DNA from: Oscillospiraceae bacterium
GTDB taxonomy: Bacteria > Bacillota > Clostridia > Oscillospirales > Ruminococcaceae
Reading direction: 5' to 3'
Assembly (NCBI GenBank): GCA_017442085.1
Contig: JAFSAW010000074.1
Location: 1-63,524 of the forward strand
Length of the DNA stretch: 63,524 bases
Position numbers and translations under genes: made by a program. This document shows positions 9,452 through 18,057 of the stretch, one piece after another. How positions within the stretch are numbered: position 1 is the first letter of the stretch; each line of letters opens with the position of its first letter. The notes beneath the pieces are model-generated. The model was not told where the DNA came from and ran no database searches. It worked only from the letters and a program-made list of their open reading frames with translations.

Positions 9452-9645
9452 CAAAATTTTTATATTCACAATGCCGCTGCCGCATAAACACTTCTTATTT
9501 TGCATCAATTTATAAAACAGATTAAATGCAAATGTTTATAAAATATAATTCTGTACAAAACTTTATAACAAATAAAAGAGTTTTTAAGCAAAACGCTTAA
9601 TTTTAACTTTTTTGAAAAAAATCGCAAATTTTTTCCAAAAAACCC

Positions 9646-9674
9646 TTTACAAAATCAAAATGATGTGCTATTAT
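9646..9674 (+). promoter_or_regulatory. Sigma-A-type promoter of tRNA-Gln
   Basis: TTTACA (9646-9651), 17 nt, TATTAT (9669-9674), about 18 nt before the tRNA 5' end. Confidence 0.6.
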
Positions 9675-9691
9675 ATATGAGCGTTAGTCAT

Positions 9692-9767
9692 TGGGGTATC
9701 GCCAAGCGGTAAGGCATTGGACTCTGACTCCAACATTCCCTAGGTTCGAATCCTAGTACCCCAGCCA
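9692..9767 (+). tRNA. tRNA-Gln: tRNA-Gln (anticodon CUG), CCA encoded
   Basis: Cloverleaf folded by hand: acceptor TGGGGTA/TACCCCA (U1-A72, typical of bacterial tRNA-Gln), anticodon arm TTGGA-CTCTGAC-TCCAA, T arm CTAGG-TTCGAAT-CCTAG. Near-identical to E. coli tRNA-Gln2 as I recall it. Confidence 0.85.
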
Positions 9768-9772
9768 ATGAG

Positions 9773-9808
9773 AACCACTAAGTTAATTCTTAGTGGTTTT
9801 TATTTTTT
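9773..9808 (+). terminator. Terminator after tRNA-Gln
   Basis: aaccactaag-ttaatt-cttagtggtt followed by tttattttt. Confidence 0.75.
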
Positions 9809-9942
9809 GTACAAACTGTGCGGATTCGAACCTGCGAAGGTTTTTGCGTTAAGAAAACAGTGTGGTACACTGTTTTCAGCAAAAAGAGTTTGAGCGGCAG
9901 CGAAAGCCAGTCAGTATGCAAGGCCACGGCCGCAGCAGACGG

Positions 9943-9967
9943 CGAATCCTAGTACCCCAGCCAATGA
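9943..9967 (+). pseudogene. Duplicated 3' fragment of tRNA-Gln (T-loop 3' half, acceptor, CCA and 4 nt)
   Basis: cgaatcctagtaccccagccaatga at 9943-9967 is identical to 9747-9771. Sequence upstream of it cannot form the T stem, so it is not a functional tRNA. Confidence 0.8.
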
Positions 9968-9969
9968 AG

Positions 9970-10005
9970 ACCACTGAACATCAGTTCGGTGGTTTTTATT
10001 TTTTT
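9970..10005 (+). terminator. Second diverged copy of the tRNA terminator
   Basis: accactgaac-atca-gttcggtggt plus T-run. Same architecture as 9773-9808, with a mostly different inner stem and loop that still fold. Confidence 0.7.
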
Positions 10006-10102
10006 GCAAATTTTATTTTCGTTGTAAATACAACATACTTTATCATACTTTTATATTATAATGTAGCCATAAAGTTAAAATACTGCTGTAAGGAGAAAAG
10101 AT

Positions 10103-10810
10103 ATGATAAGAAGAATTATTAAAATTGACGAAGATAAATGCAACGGCTGTGGCCTTTGTGCCAATGCCTGCCACGAAGGTGCAATAGAAATGATTGACGG
10201 CAAAGCCAGACTTACAAGAGAAGATTATTGTGACGGATTGGGTGACTGTCTCCCTGCTTGTCCTACAGGTGCCATTACCTTTGAAGAACGTGAAGCCCCT
10301 GCCTATGACGAAGCTGCTGTGCTGGCTGCAAAGGCAAAAAAAGAAGAAAAACCTCTTGCCTGCGGATGCCCTGGTACTGCTGCAAAAACATTCAGACGAG
10401 ACAGCAGCCTTAATTCTGCCTGCGAAACAGCTTCTGCGGTAACAAGCCAGCTTACACAGTGGCCTGTGCAGATTAAGCTTCTGCCGATAAGAGCACCTTA
10501 TTATGACAATGCAAACCTGCTTGTTGCTGCCGACTGCACAGCATTTGCCTATGGCAATTTCCACAACGAGTTTATCCGCAACCACGTTACTGTTATAGGC
10601 TGTCCAAAGCTGGATATGGTTGACTACACTGAAAAGCTTACACAGATTATTGCAAATAATAATATAAAAAGTGTAAAGGTTGTAAGAATGGAAGTTCCTT
10701 GCTGCGGCGGCATTGAAAATGCTGTCAAACAGGCACTTATGGCCAGCGGCAAGTTTATTCCATGGCAGGTTGTGACAATCTCAACTGACGGCAGAATTAT
10801 TGACAGATAA
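10103..10810 (+). CDS. 4Fe-4S dicluster domain protein with Cys-rich C-terminal domain
   Basis: CNGCGLCANACHEGA and CDGLGDCLPACPTGA ferredoxin motifs, plus C-terminal GCPKLD and EVPCCGG motifs. Function unknown. Confidence 0.7.
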   Translation: MIRRIIKIDEDKCNGCGLCANACHEGAIEMIDGKARLTREDYCDGLGDCLPACPTGAITFEEREAPAYDEAAVLAAKAKKEEKPLACGCPGTAAKTFRRDSSLNSACETASAVTSQLTQWPVQIKLLPIRAPYYDNANLLVAADCTAFAYGNFHNEFIRNHVTVIGCPKLDMVDYTEKLTQIIANNNIKSVKVVRMEVPCCGGIENAVKQALMASGKFIPWQVVTISTDGRIIDR

Positions 10811-10873
10811 TATCAGACTAAAAAACAAAAACTTCGGAATGATAACTCATCCGAAGCTTTTTTGTTATAATAA

Positions 10874-11704
10874 TCAGATTAAATCCGGCAGCTGGCAGTA
10901 TTCGCACAGCTGTACAAACATCTCGCTGTATTTATTAAGCATAAAATCCGACGCCTTGCTTTTCAGTATAGCTGTTTCGTCGCTGTATTCAGGAATGGAG
11001 ATAACAATATTTACACCGCTGCCAAACTGTGACTGCATAAGGATTGTGCCCCCTGCCTGATTTACCGCCTGTTTTGCAATATACAGACCTATGCCAAGCT
11101 TTGTGCTTATTTCACCGTCATTGTAAGGGTCTGAGGAATAAAACGGCTCGAACACTCTGCCGATTATTTCCGGCTTTATACCTTTGGAATTGTCACGGTA
11201 TGTCAGTACACATCTGCCGTTTTCCCTTTTAAGTTCAACAGATACCTGAACATCGTCTTCTTTGCGGTATTCAAAACTGTTCAGCAGTATATTGAACAGT
11301 GCCATACTCAGCAAAGGCTGACTGCCCATAATAATACAGCCGCCGTCAACATAGCAGTTCAGTGAATAATATGCCGGCAGCACCATCTGTGAACTTTGAA
11401 ACGCATTTTTTACCAACTGTGAAAAATCTATTGCTGTCTTTTCGTACTGATAACCGCTTTGAAGCTTTGACACCGCAGTAAGATTGTTTACACATTTAAT
11501 TATAGAATATGTGCGTCTGTATACAGCATTCAGATTTTCCAGTGCTGACTCGGTATTTGCACTGCTGATATTATCAGCCATAATCGGCAGTGAAGCAAAT
11601 ATATTTGCAACAGGCTCTCTCAGCTGATAGTTTACAATGTCAATGTACTCGATAAATTTTTCTGAAGCTGTTTGATTGTTTTGCTTTATTTCTTTTTCGG
11701 GCAT
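10874..11704 (-). CDS. Histidine-kinase-like protein lacking any histidine (DHp-like plus HATPase_c; Tyr at H-box position)
   Basis: N box LFNILLNSFEY, G1-like RDNSKGI, F box VFEPFY, G2 LGIGLYIAKQ. The H-box-aligned segment reads NYQLREPV. Start at ATG 11704 (AAAGGTG RBS) rather than the track start at 11797. Confidence 0.75.
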   Translation of the reverse strand: MPEKEIKQNNQTASEKFIEYIDIVNYQLREPVANIFASLPIMADNISSANTESALENLNAVYRRTYSIIKCVNNLTAVSKLQSGYQYEKTAIDFSQLVKNAFQSSQMVLPAYYSLNCYVDGGCIIMGSQPLLSMALFNILLNSFEYRKEDDVQVSVELKRENGRCVLTYRDNSKGIKPEIIGRVFEPFYSSDPYNDGEISTKLGIGLYIAKQAVNQAGGTILMQSQFGSGVNIVISIPEYSDETAILKSKASDFMLNKYSEMFVQLCEYCQLPDLI

Positions 11705-11716
11705 AGCAGACACCTT

Positions 11717-11733
11717 TTCGACATTTTTCGACA
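11717..11733 (-). promoter_or_regulatory. Tandem Spo0A-box-like repeat (TGTCGAA x2, 10-bp period)
   Basis: Minus strand TGTCGAAAAATGTCGAAAAGGTG, immediately upstream of and abutting the RBS of the HK-like gene. It matches the 0A-box consensus TGTCGAA. Confidence 0.4.
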
Positions 11734-11950
11734 AATAGTTGTTATTTATCATTTTATAATATATATATTTTTTTGTAAAGTATAAAGTATTGTGCAATAT
11801 TATTACTTATTTATGACATTATGGTGTAAATTGCCTTTTGCGCTTTACTAAAGCAAAAAATTGTTGTATAATTAAATTTGTCAGATAATTTAACAAAATA
11901 ATATGGTTTAAAAGTACAAATTTAAGGGTGATATTTTAATCGCTTAAATG

Positions 11951-11979
11951 TTGACTGAAAACCGCAAATCGGGTATCAT
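11951..11979 (+). promoter_or_regulatory. Candidate gap promoter
   Basis: TTGACT (11951-11956), 17 nt, TATCAT (11974-11979). A second TTGACA...TATATT candidate lies at about 12000-12026. Confidence 0.5.
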
Positions 11980-12018
11980 ATATACAGTAAGTTAATTTTT
12001 TGACAATCTTTAAATTAA

Positions 12019-13071
<1,053 letters not shown>

Positions 13072-13090
13072 TTTTTATTACACAATAATT

Positions 13091-13118
13091 AAAGCCTCGG
13101 TTAATCCGAGGCTTTTTT
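13091..13118. terminator. Bidirectional terminator between gap and queT
   Basis: aaagcctcgg-ttaat-ccgaggcttt followed by ttt. Confidence 0.8.
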
Positions 13119-13143
13119 GTTTGCTGTTTTTATAAATATACTG

Positions 13144-13683
13144 TCAATTGCTTATAAGTTCCTTAAGCACAGCATTTTTATTTATAATATTTACCGTAAC
13201 AAGCCCTATAAGACCACAGCTTACAGCCTGCCCTGCTGCCACGCTTGCCGCCTGTGCGGCAAAAACCACTGTGTTAAAACCGCCGTTTATAAGCACGCAG
13301 AGTTCCCAGCCAACCACAACAGCATTAAACAGTATGGGCGGAACAGCCGAAAGCACCGGCAGGCCTTTGAATTTTATATTTCGCAGCAGATACGATGCAG
13401 CCGCAGCCGCAAAGGTTGCCATTGTACCGAAAATTATGTCAAGTGAGCCAAGGATATTTGCCCCGGTAAAAAATCCGATGAGATTGGTAAGAAAACAGCC
13501 TATTGTTACCCCCCAGACATTATTGAATGCAAAAACAGGCAGCAAAGTGAGTGCCTCGCTTATTCTGACCTGTACAGGTCCATAAGTTATTGCCGAAAAA
13601 CATACACTTACAACTGTGTAAATTGCAGCTATCATAGCCTGCTTTGAGATAACAGATGATTTTTTTGATACTTTTTTATTCAT
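13144..13683 (-). CDS. queT: Queuosine precursor transporter QueT (ECF S-component-like)
   Basis: 179-aa, 5-6 TM protein. The segment SAITYGPVQVRISEALTLLPVF is typical of the QueT family (COG4708). Confidence 0.75.
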   Translation of the reverse strand: MNKKVSKKSSVISKQAMIAAIYTVVSVCFSAITYGPVQVRISEALTLLPVFAFNNVWGVTIGCFLTNLIGFFTGANILGSLDIIFGTMATFAAAAASYLLRNIKFKGLPVLSAVPPILFNAVVVGWELCVLINGGFNTVVFAAQAASVAAGQAVSCGLIGLVTVNIINKNAVLKELISN

Positions 13684-13733
13684 AAAATTTAAACTCCTCT
13701 GATGTATTTGCCACGGAGCTTTTATAAAACAAA

Positions 13734-13811
13734 TAAAAAAGGTACGGTCAGCTGATAACCGTACCTTATCTGTTTAGTTAAAAGCTTTATATACTGACGG
13801 CAGAAAAGCTT
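13734..13811 (-). promoter_or_regulatory. queT leader: intrinsic terminator plus upstream stem-loop with A-rich tail (candidate preQ1-type riboswitch)
   Basis: Minus strand: P1-like aagcttt/aaagctt, tail ttaactaaacagataagg, then terminator ggtacggt-tatcagctg-accgtacc-tttttt, about 50 nt before the queT RBS. Confidence 0.35.
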
Positions 13812-13890
13812 GAAGGCTGCCGCAGGTGTTATTTGCAACGAAAATAATATTAACACAATATTATTTTAAAATCAATAGTCTGTGATATGT

Positions 13891-14745
13891 TTATTTGCAC
13901 AGATACATCATACCTATGCTGTGCGGGCCTGCATTGATGGAAACCGCGCTGCCAAGATGACAGACAAGTTTTGGCGGATAGCCCATAGCTTCTGTACAGG
14001 CTGCAACAAGTTCGTCCCTTGCTTCAACATCCGCTGTGTAACCAACCACATAATCAGCAGGGTTGGCATTTCTTTCTCTAAGTTTTGCAACAAGGCCCGG
14101 AATAAGCAGTTTATCCCCTCTTGCTTTCAGAAGAACTTCTGTTTTGCCGTGTTTCATAAGAATAACAGGTCTCAGGCCCATAAGTTCACCTGCAAAAGCT
14201 GCTGCTGCAGAAATTCTGCCGGATTTTTTCATAAATTTAAGTGAATATGTGCCCAGAAGAATTTCTGTTTTTTCAAAGCGTTCTTCCAGATATTCGATAA
14301 TTTCAGCGGCAGATGCGCCATCATTTATCATTTTATCTGCACACATAATCGGATAACCGTAACCTACAGAATAACATTTGCTGTCAAGGACTGTGATGTT
14401 CATATGGCTGTTTGGATTTTCGTCATAAAACATCTGTCTTGCCATAACTGCTGCATCATGTGTTGCACTTGCACCTTTGTTGATTGAAACATGAATAATA
14501 TCTGTCACGCCCTCTTTTGCAAGCTGACAGTATTTATCATAAAAATCAATCATTGTAATATGTGCTGTGGTAGGAATTTTTTCGCAGGCTTCAAGTTCTG
14601 CATAAAACTGTTCCATTGTATAGTCAACACGTTCTTCACAGTCTTTGCCGTTTATATTTATATGGAAGTTCATAATTTCCACATTTTCAAGATTAGTATC
14701 AAAAGGTATATCGCACGCTGAATCGGTAACTATTCTGATATTCAA
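13891..14745 (-). CDS. DegV family fatty-acid-binding protein
   Basis: 284 aa. N-terminal IRIVTDSACDIP and overall DegV layout. Confidence 0.85.
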   Translation of the reverse strand: MNIRIVTDSACDIPFDTNLENVEIMNFHININGKDCEERVDYTMEQFYAELEACEKIPTTAHITMIDFYDKYCQLAKEGVTDIIHVSINKGASATHDAAVMARQMFYDENPNSHMNITVLDSKCYSVGYGYPIMCADKMINDGASAAEIIEYLEERFEKTEILLGTYSLKFMKKSGRISAAAAFAGELMGLRPVILMKHGKTEVLLKARGDKLLIPGLVAKLRERNANPADYVVGYTADVEARDELVAACTEAMGYPPKLVCHLGSAVSINAGPHSIGMMYLCK

Positions 14746-14751
14746 AACAAA

Positions 14752-15252
14752 TCACTCCCAATTGTATTTTGTCAGGTTGCCAAAAGCTTCAAAACCTTCA
14801 AAATCCCACTGTCGCAGAATTTCGTATGTAGCAATTGCCACCGTGTTTGATAAATTTAAGCTGCGTATATTTGAAAGCATAGGCATTCTTACACAGTTTT
14901 CAGGGTTTGCATACAGGATATCTTCGTCTATGCCCTTATCCTCTCTGCCAAACACTATATACACATTATCTTCATAGCTGACATCAGTATATCTGTGCCG
15001 TGCTTTTGTGGTAAAATAATAAAATTTGCCACCGCTGTTTTTACTGAAAAAATCTTCTGTGCTCTCATAATATGATACGCCCAATTTATCCCAATAGTCA
15101 AGCCCTGCACGTTTCAGCTTTTTATCTTCAATAACAAACCCAAGCGGGCCTACAAGATGCAGATGTGCACCCGTTGCCGCACAGGTTCTTGCTATATTGC
15201 CTGTGTTCTGTGGTATCTGAGGCTGAAGTAATACTATGTTGATAGATTTCAT
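14752..15252 (-). CDS. trmL: tRNA (cytidine/uridine-2'-O)-methyltransferase TrmL (SpoU family)
   Basis: 166 aa. IVLLQPQIPQNTGNIARTCAATGAHLHLV and the C-terminal SpoU knot motif LNLSNTVAI. Confidence 0.85.
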   Translation of the reverse strand: MKSINIVLLQPQIPQNTGNIARTCAATGAHLHLVGPLGFVIEDKKLKRAGLDYWDKLGVSYYESTEDFFSKNSGGKFYYFTTKARHRYTDVSYEDNVYIVFGREDKGIDEDILYANPENCVRMPMLSNIRSLNLSNTVAIATYEILRQWDFEGFEAFGNLTKYNWE

Positions 15253-15387
15253 ATCTTGCCTTCTTAAAATGCTTATTTAAAATATTATATATTGTAAAAG
15301 TGAAAACACTGTGAATATTTTAACACATAATGTGCAAACTATCAATTATAACTTTAACATTATGTGATATAAAAGGAGAAATTTAAT

Positions 15388-15582
15388 ATGAACAACAGTG
15401 TTATGAATATGATGCGCTCCGGCCTTATAGGTATGGCAGTTGGCACAGCCGTTACCGTTGCAGGTGTTATGTATGTTTCGGAAAACAAATCAGCTGCAAA
15501 CAAGGTTATGAACAAGGCAAAAAATTCCAAAAGAATCATCACCCGTGCAGGTGAAAATGTTATCAAAGAGATAACCGATTAA
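15388..15582 (+). CDS. Small membrane-anchored protein (64 aa), uncharacterised
   Basis: Strong RBS AAAGGAG 8 nt upstream. One Gly/Ala-rich TM helix and a basic tail. The antisense 68-aa ORF lacks an RBS. Confidence 0.45.
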   Translation: MNNSVMNMMRSGLIGMAVGTAVTVAGVMYVSENKSAANKVMNKAKNSKRIITRAGENVIKEITD

Positions 15583-15617
15583 TCTTTTAAATATTCCTTA
15601 AATACAGTATAACACAT

Positions 15618-15654
15618 TCCCTTTTGGTTTATATCTGCCAAAAGGGATTTTTTT
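15618..15654 (+). terminator. Terminator after the 64-aa gene
   Basis: tcccttttgg-loop-ccaaaaggga followed by ttttttt. Confidence 0.8.
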
Positions 15655-15700
15655 GTAATGCCGTGCATAAAAATAAACTAAACAGCAAGAGGTGATAATT

Positions 15701-16531
15701 ATGTTTAAACTGCGCAAAGGAATTTTTTTATATTTATTGATTGCAACAGCTTTTGTCTTTACAGCAGGAGGTTATTTTTATGTGGAAGAAGTGCCGTCGG
15801 AATATGAAAAGGCAATGGCACAAATCAAATATCAGTTCGGATATAGCAACGTTTATGCTGTAAACAGAAACAGTACCAATGGTGAAAAAGCCGTACAGTC
15901 GGATGCTGACAGGGCAAAAACTGTGTATCTCACCTTTGATGACGGGCCCAGCGCCAGAACTCTGGAAATTCTTGATATTTTAAAAAAACACAATATCAAA
16001 GCCACATTTTTTGTTATCAGTGATGAAAAGGAAACCAGCAGGGAAATTGTTAAAAAGATTTATGACGAAGGGCATTCCATAGGTGTGCACAGTGCAAGCC
16101 ACTCTTACGAAACCATATACAAAAGTGTGGAACATTTTCTTAAAGATTTTGAACAGTGCCTTGAATATATAAAGGATATCACAGGAGAAGTGCCCAATAT
16201 ATTCCGTTTTCCCGGCGGAAGTGTAAACAGCTATAATAAAAAAATATGCAAGGAACTTACCGACGAAATGGTTCGGCGCGGTTTTACATATTTTGACTGG
16301 AATGTCAGCAGCGATGATGCCGTGAAAGGATATACCGAGGAAAGCATCTACAGCAATGTGATGAACGGCTGTAAAAATCACAGCGTTTCGGTGGTGCTTA
16401 TGCACGACTCTGCCCCCAAAAAAGCAACTGTTGCGGCACTTGAAAGGATTATTCCCGACCTTCTGGAACAGGGGTACACCTTTGACCGCCTTGACGAAAC
16501 CGCACAGCCAACGGTTTTCAGAATAGAATAA
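15701..16531 (+). CDS. Polysaccharide deacetylase (NodB homology domain), membrane-anchored
   Basis: YLTFDDGPS and GVHSASHSY motifs, N-terminal TM helix. ATG 15701 has an AGAGGTG RBS. Confidence 0.85.
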   Translation: MFKLRKGIFLYLLIATAFVFTAGGYFYVEEVPSEYEKAMAQIKYQFGYSNVYAVNRNSTNGEKAVQSDADRAKTVYLTFDDGPSARTLEILDILKKHNIKATFFVISDEKETSREIVKKIYDEGHSIGVHSASHSYETIYKSVEHFLKDFEQCLEYIKDITGEVPNIFRFPGGSVNSYNKKICKELTDEMVRRGFTYFDWNVSSDDAVKGYTEESIYSNVMNGCKNHSVSVVLMHDSAPKKATVAALERIIPDLLEQGYTFDRLDETAQPTVFRIE

Positions 16532-16571
16532 GCCAAATATATATTTCCAAATATTATCAAACCAACAAAAT

Positions 16572-16612
16572 TTGTCATTCTTCGGCATCAATGCCTGGGA
16601 ATGACAATTTTT
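16572..16612 (+). terminator. Terminator after the deacetylase gene
   Basis: ttgtcattc...gaatgacaa stem followed by ttttt. Confidence 0.7.
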
Positions 16613-16750
16613 ATTTTAAACTGTTTATTTTCTCAGTAAAAGTTAATGTAATGACTTTTTCTTTGCAATTTTGCATTTAATGCTGTTTTATTGATAATAA
16701 TGCCATTTTGTGATAAAATATAATTTAACCGATTTTTTACAGGAGATATT

Positions 16751-17401
16751 ATGAGATACGCAATATTTGACTTTGACGGCACACTTATCGACAGTATGAC
16801 AATGTGGCGCAATATGGGCAATATATTTTTGAAAGAGAACAACCTGCCACCCCTTAAATATCAGAAAAAAATGCGCAACGACACTTGGGAAGTTGAATTT
16901 TTAAAAGCAGTAAATGAACAGCTGGGGCTGGATATCAGTCAGGAGTTTTTCTTCAAGTGGTTTTCCGATTATGTTATTGATGCTTATGACAAGCACCTGC
17001 CTCTTAAACCTACTGCATATGAATTTCTGGAAAAACTGCACAATGACGGGGTAAAAATGTGTATCTGTTCTTCCACCCACCGTTTTATGATGGAGCCTGC
17101 CCTTAAACGTCTTGACCTGCTTAAATTTTTTGAATTCACCTGTCACTGCAACGATTTTGGCATGGAAAAGGACAAGCCTGATATATATCTGCACTGTGCC
17201 GAAAAACTTGGTGCTGCATCTCCGGCTGAAGTTGCTGTATTTGAAGATGCTTTATATGCCGTAAAAACTGTGTCTGAAGCAGGCTTTTACACTGTCGGCA
17301 TATACGATGTAACTGAAAAGAACACCGAAGAAGTAAAACGATACTGTCATCAGTACATAGAAAACTACAACCAGCTTGATTTTGATAAACTGCCTTTATA
17401 A
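16751..17401 (+). CDS. HAD family hydrolase
   Basis: Motif I IFDFDGTL, motif III/IV region FEDALYAV, 216 aa. Confidence 0.8.
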   Translation: MRYAIFDFDGTLIDSMTMWRNMGNIFLKENNLPPLKYQKKMRNDTWEVEFLKAVNEQLGLDISQEFFFKWFSDYVIDAYDKHLPLKPTAYEFLEKLHNDGVKMCICSSTHRFMMEPALKRLDLLKFFEFTCHCNDFGMEKDKPDIYLHCAEKLGAASPAEVAVFEDALYAVKTVSEAGFYTVGIYDVTEKNTEEVKRYCHQYIENYNQLDFDKLPL

Positions 17402-17413
17402 CAGGGAGAATGT

Positions 17414-18046
17414 ATGAAATATAAAGTTATTTTATTTGACCTTGACGGAACACTGACCGACCCGCAGGAGGGTATATGCAAAAGCATAAACCACGCACTT
17501 GGCTATTATGGCATTGAAAAGCCTTTGGGTGAACTTACCAAATATATCGGTCCTCCGCTTTTAAAAAGTTTTTCAGAACTTGTTGGCGAAGAAAATGCTG
17601 CCGATGCAGTGAAATATTATCGGGAAAGATTTTCTGTTGTAGGTCTGTACGAAAACCGGATTTACCCTAACGTAAAAGAAACCCTTGCACTGCTTAAAGA
17701 AAAAGGATACATCCTTTGCACTGCAAGCAGCAAACCGCAGGTTTTTGTGGAAAAGATTTTGCAGCATTTTGATATAGCGCAGTATTTTACCGTTATAGGC
17801 GGTGCAACCCTTGACGGCAAAATAGGAGAAAAAGAACAGGTTATCGAAATGGTTCTTGATGCTGTAAAAGCCGATAAAGCCGATACCGTTATGGTTGGAG
17901 ACACAAAATTTGACCTTATAGGTGCAGAAATAATGGGGCTTGATGCAATTGGCGTCACCTATGGCTTTGCTTCAAAAAATGAACTGGCACAGTACAGACA
18001 TATTGCTTTGATTGATGATATATCACAGATTTTTGATGTACTTTAA
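17414..18046 (+). CDS. HAD family hydrolase (phosphoglycolate phosphatase-like)
   Basis: LFDLDGTLTD motif I, TASSK motif II, VGDTKFD motif IV. Confidence 0.8.
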   Translation: MKYKVILFDLDGTLTDPQEGICKSINHALGYYGIEKPLGELTKYIGPPLLKSFSELVGEENAADAVKYYRERFSVVGLYENRIYPNVKETLALLKEKGYILCTASSKPQVFVEKILQHFDIAQYFTVIGGATLDGKIGEKEQVIEMVLDAVKADKADTVMVGDTKFDLIGAEIMGLDAIGVTYGFASKNELAQYRHIALIDDISQIFDVL

Positions 18047-18057
18047 GGTGTAAATAT

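Noticed and set aside
9378-9491. N-terminal 37-aa extension of PadR in the ORF track (MFMRQRHCEYKNFVDNLEYREYTESENNLEYREWEVSS).
   Set aside because: It is a translation of the promoter and the two operator repeats. A GGGAGG RBS and TTG at 9377 give a canonical 108-aa PadR.
9810-9942. A second tRNA (inverted T-loop motif ggattcgaacc) or a tmRNA-like gene ending at the duplicated acceptor/CCA.
   Set aside because: The flanks of the T-loop motif do not form a T stem or acceptor stem on either strand. The region is far too short for tmRNA and has no 5' partner for the acceptor. I kept it only as part of the att-like scar finding.
9862-10122. 86-aa ORF spanning the tRNA-fragment region.
   Set aside because: It has no RBS, runs through the tRNA 3' fragment and a terminator, and its product is low-complexity. 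I consider it spurious.
15306-15327. A Rex-box-like sequence TGTGAATATTTTAACACA upstream of the 64-aa gene.
   Set aside because: The right half (AACACA) matches TTCACA at only 4 of 6 positions, and the gene context is not redox metabolism.
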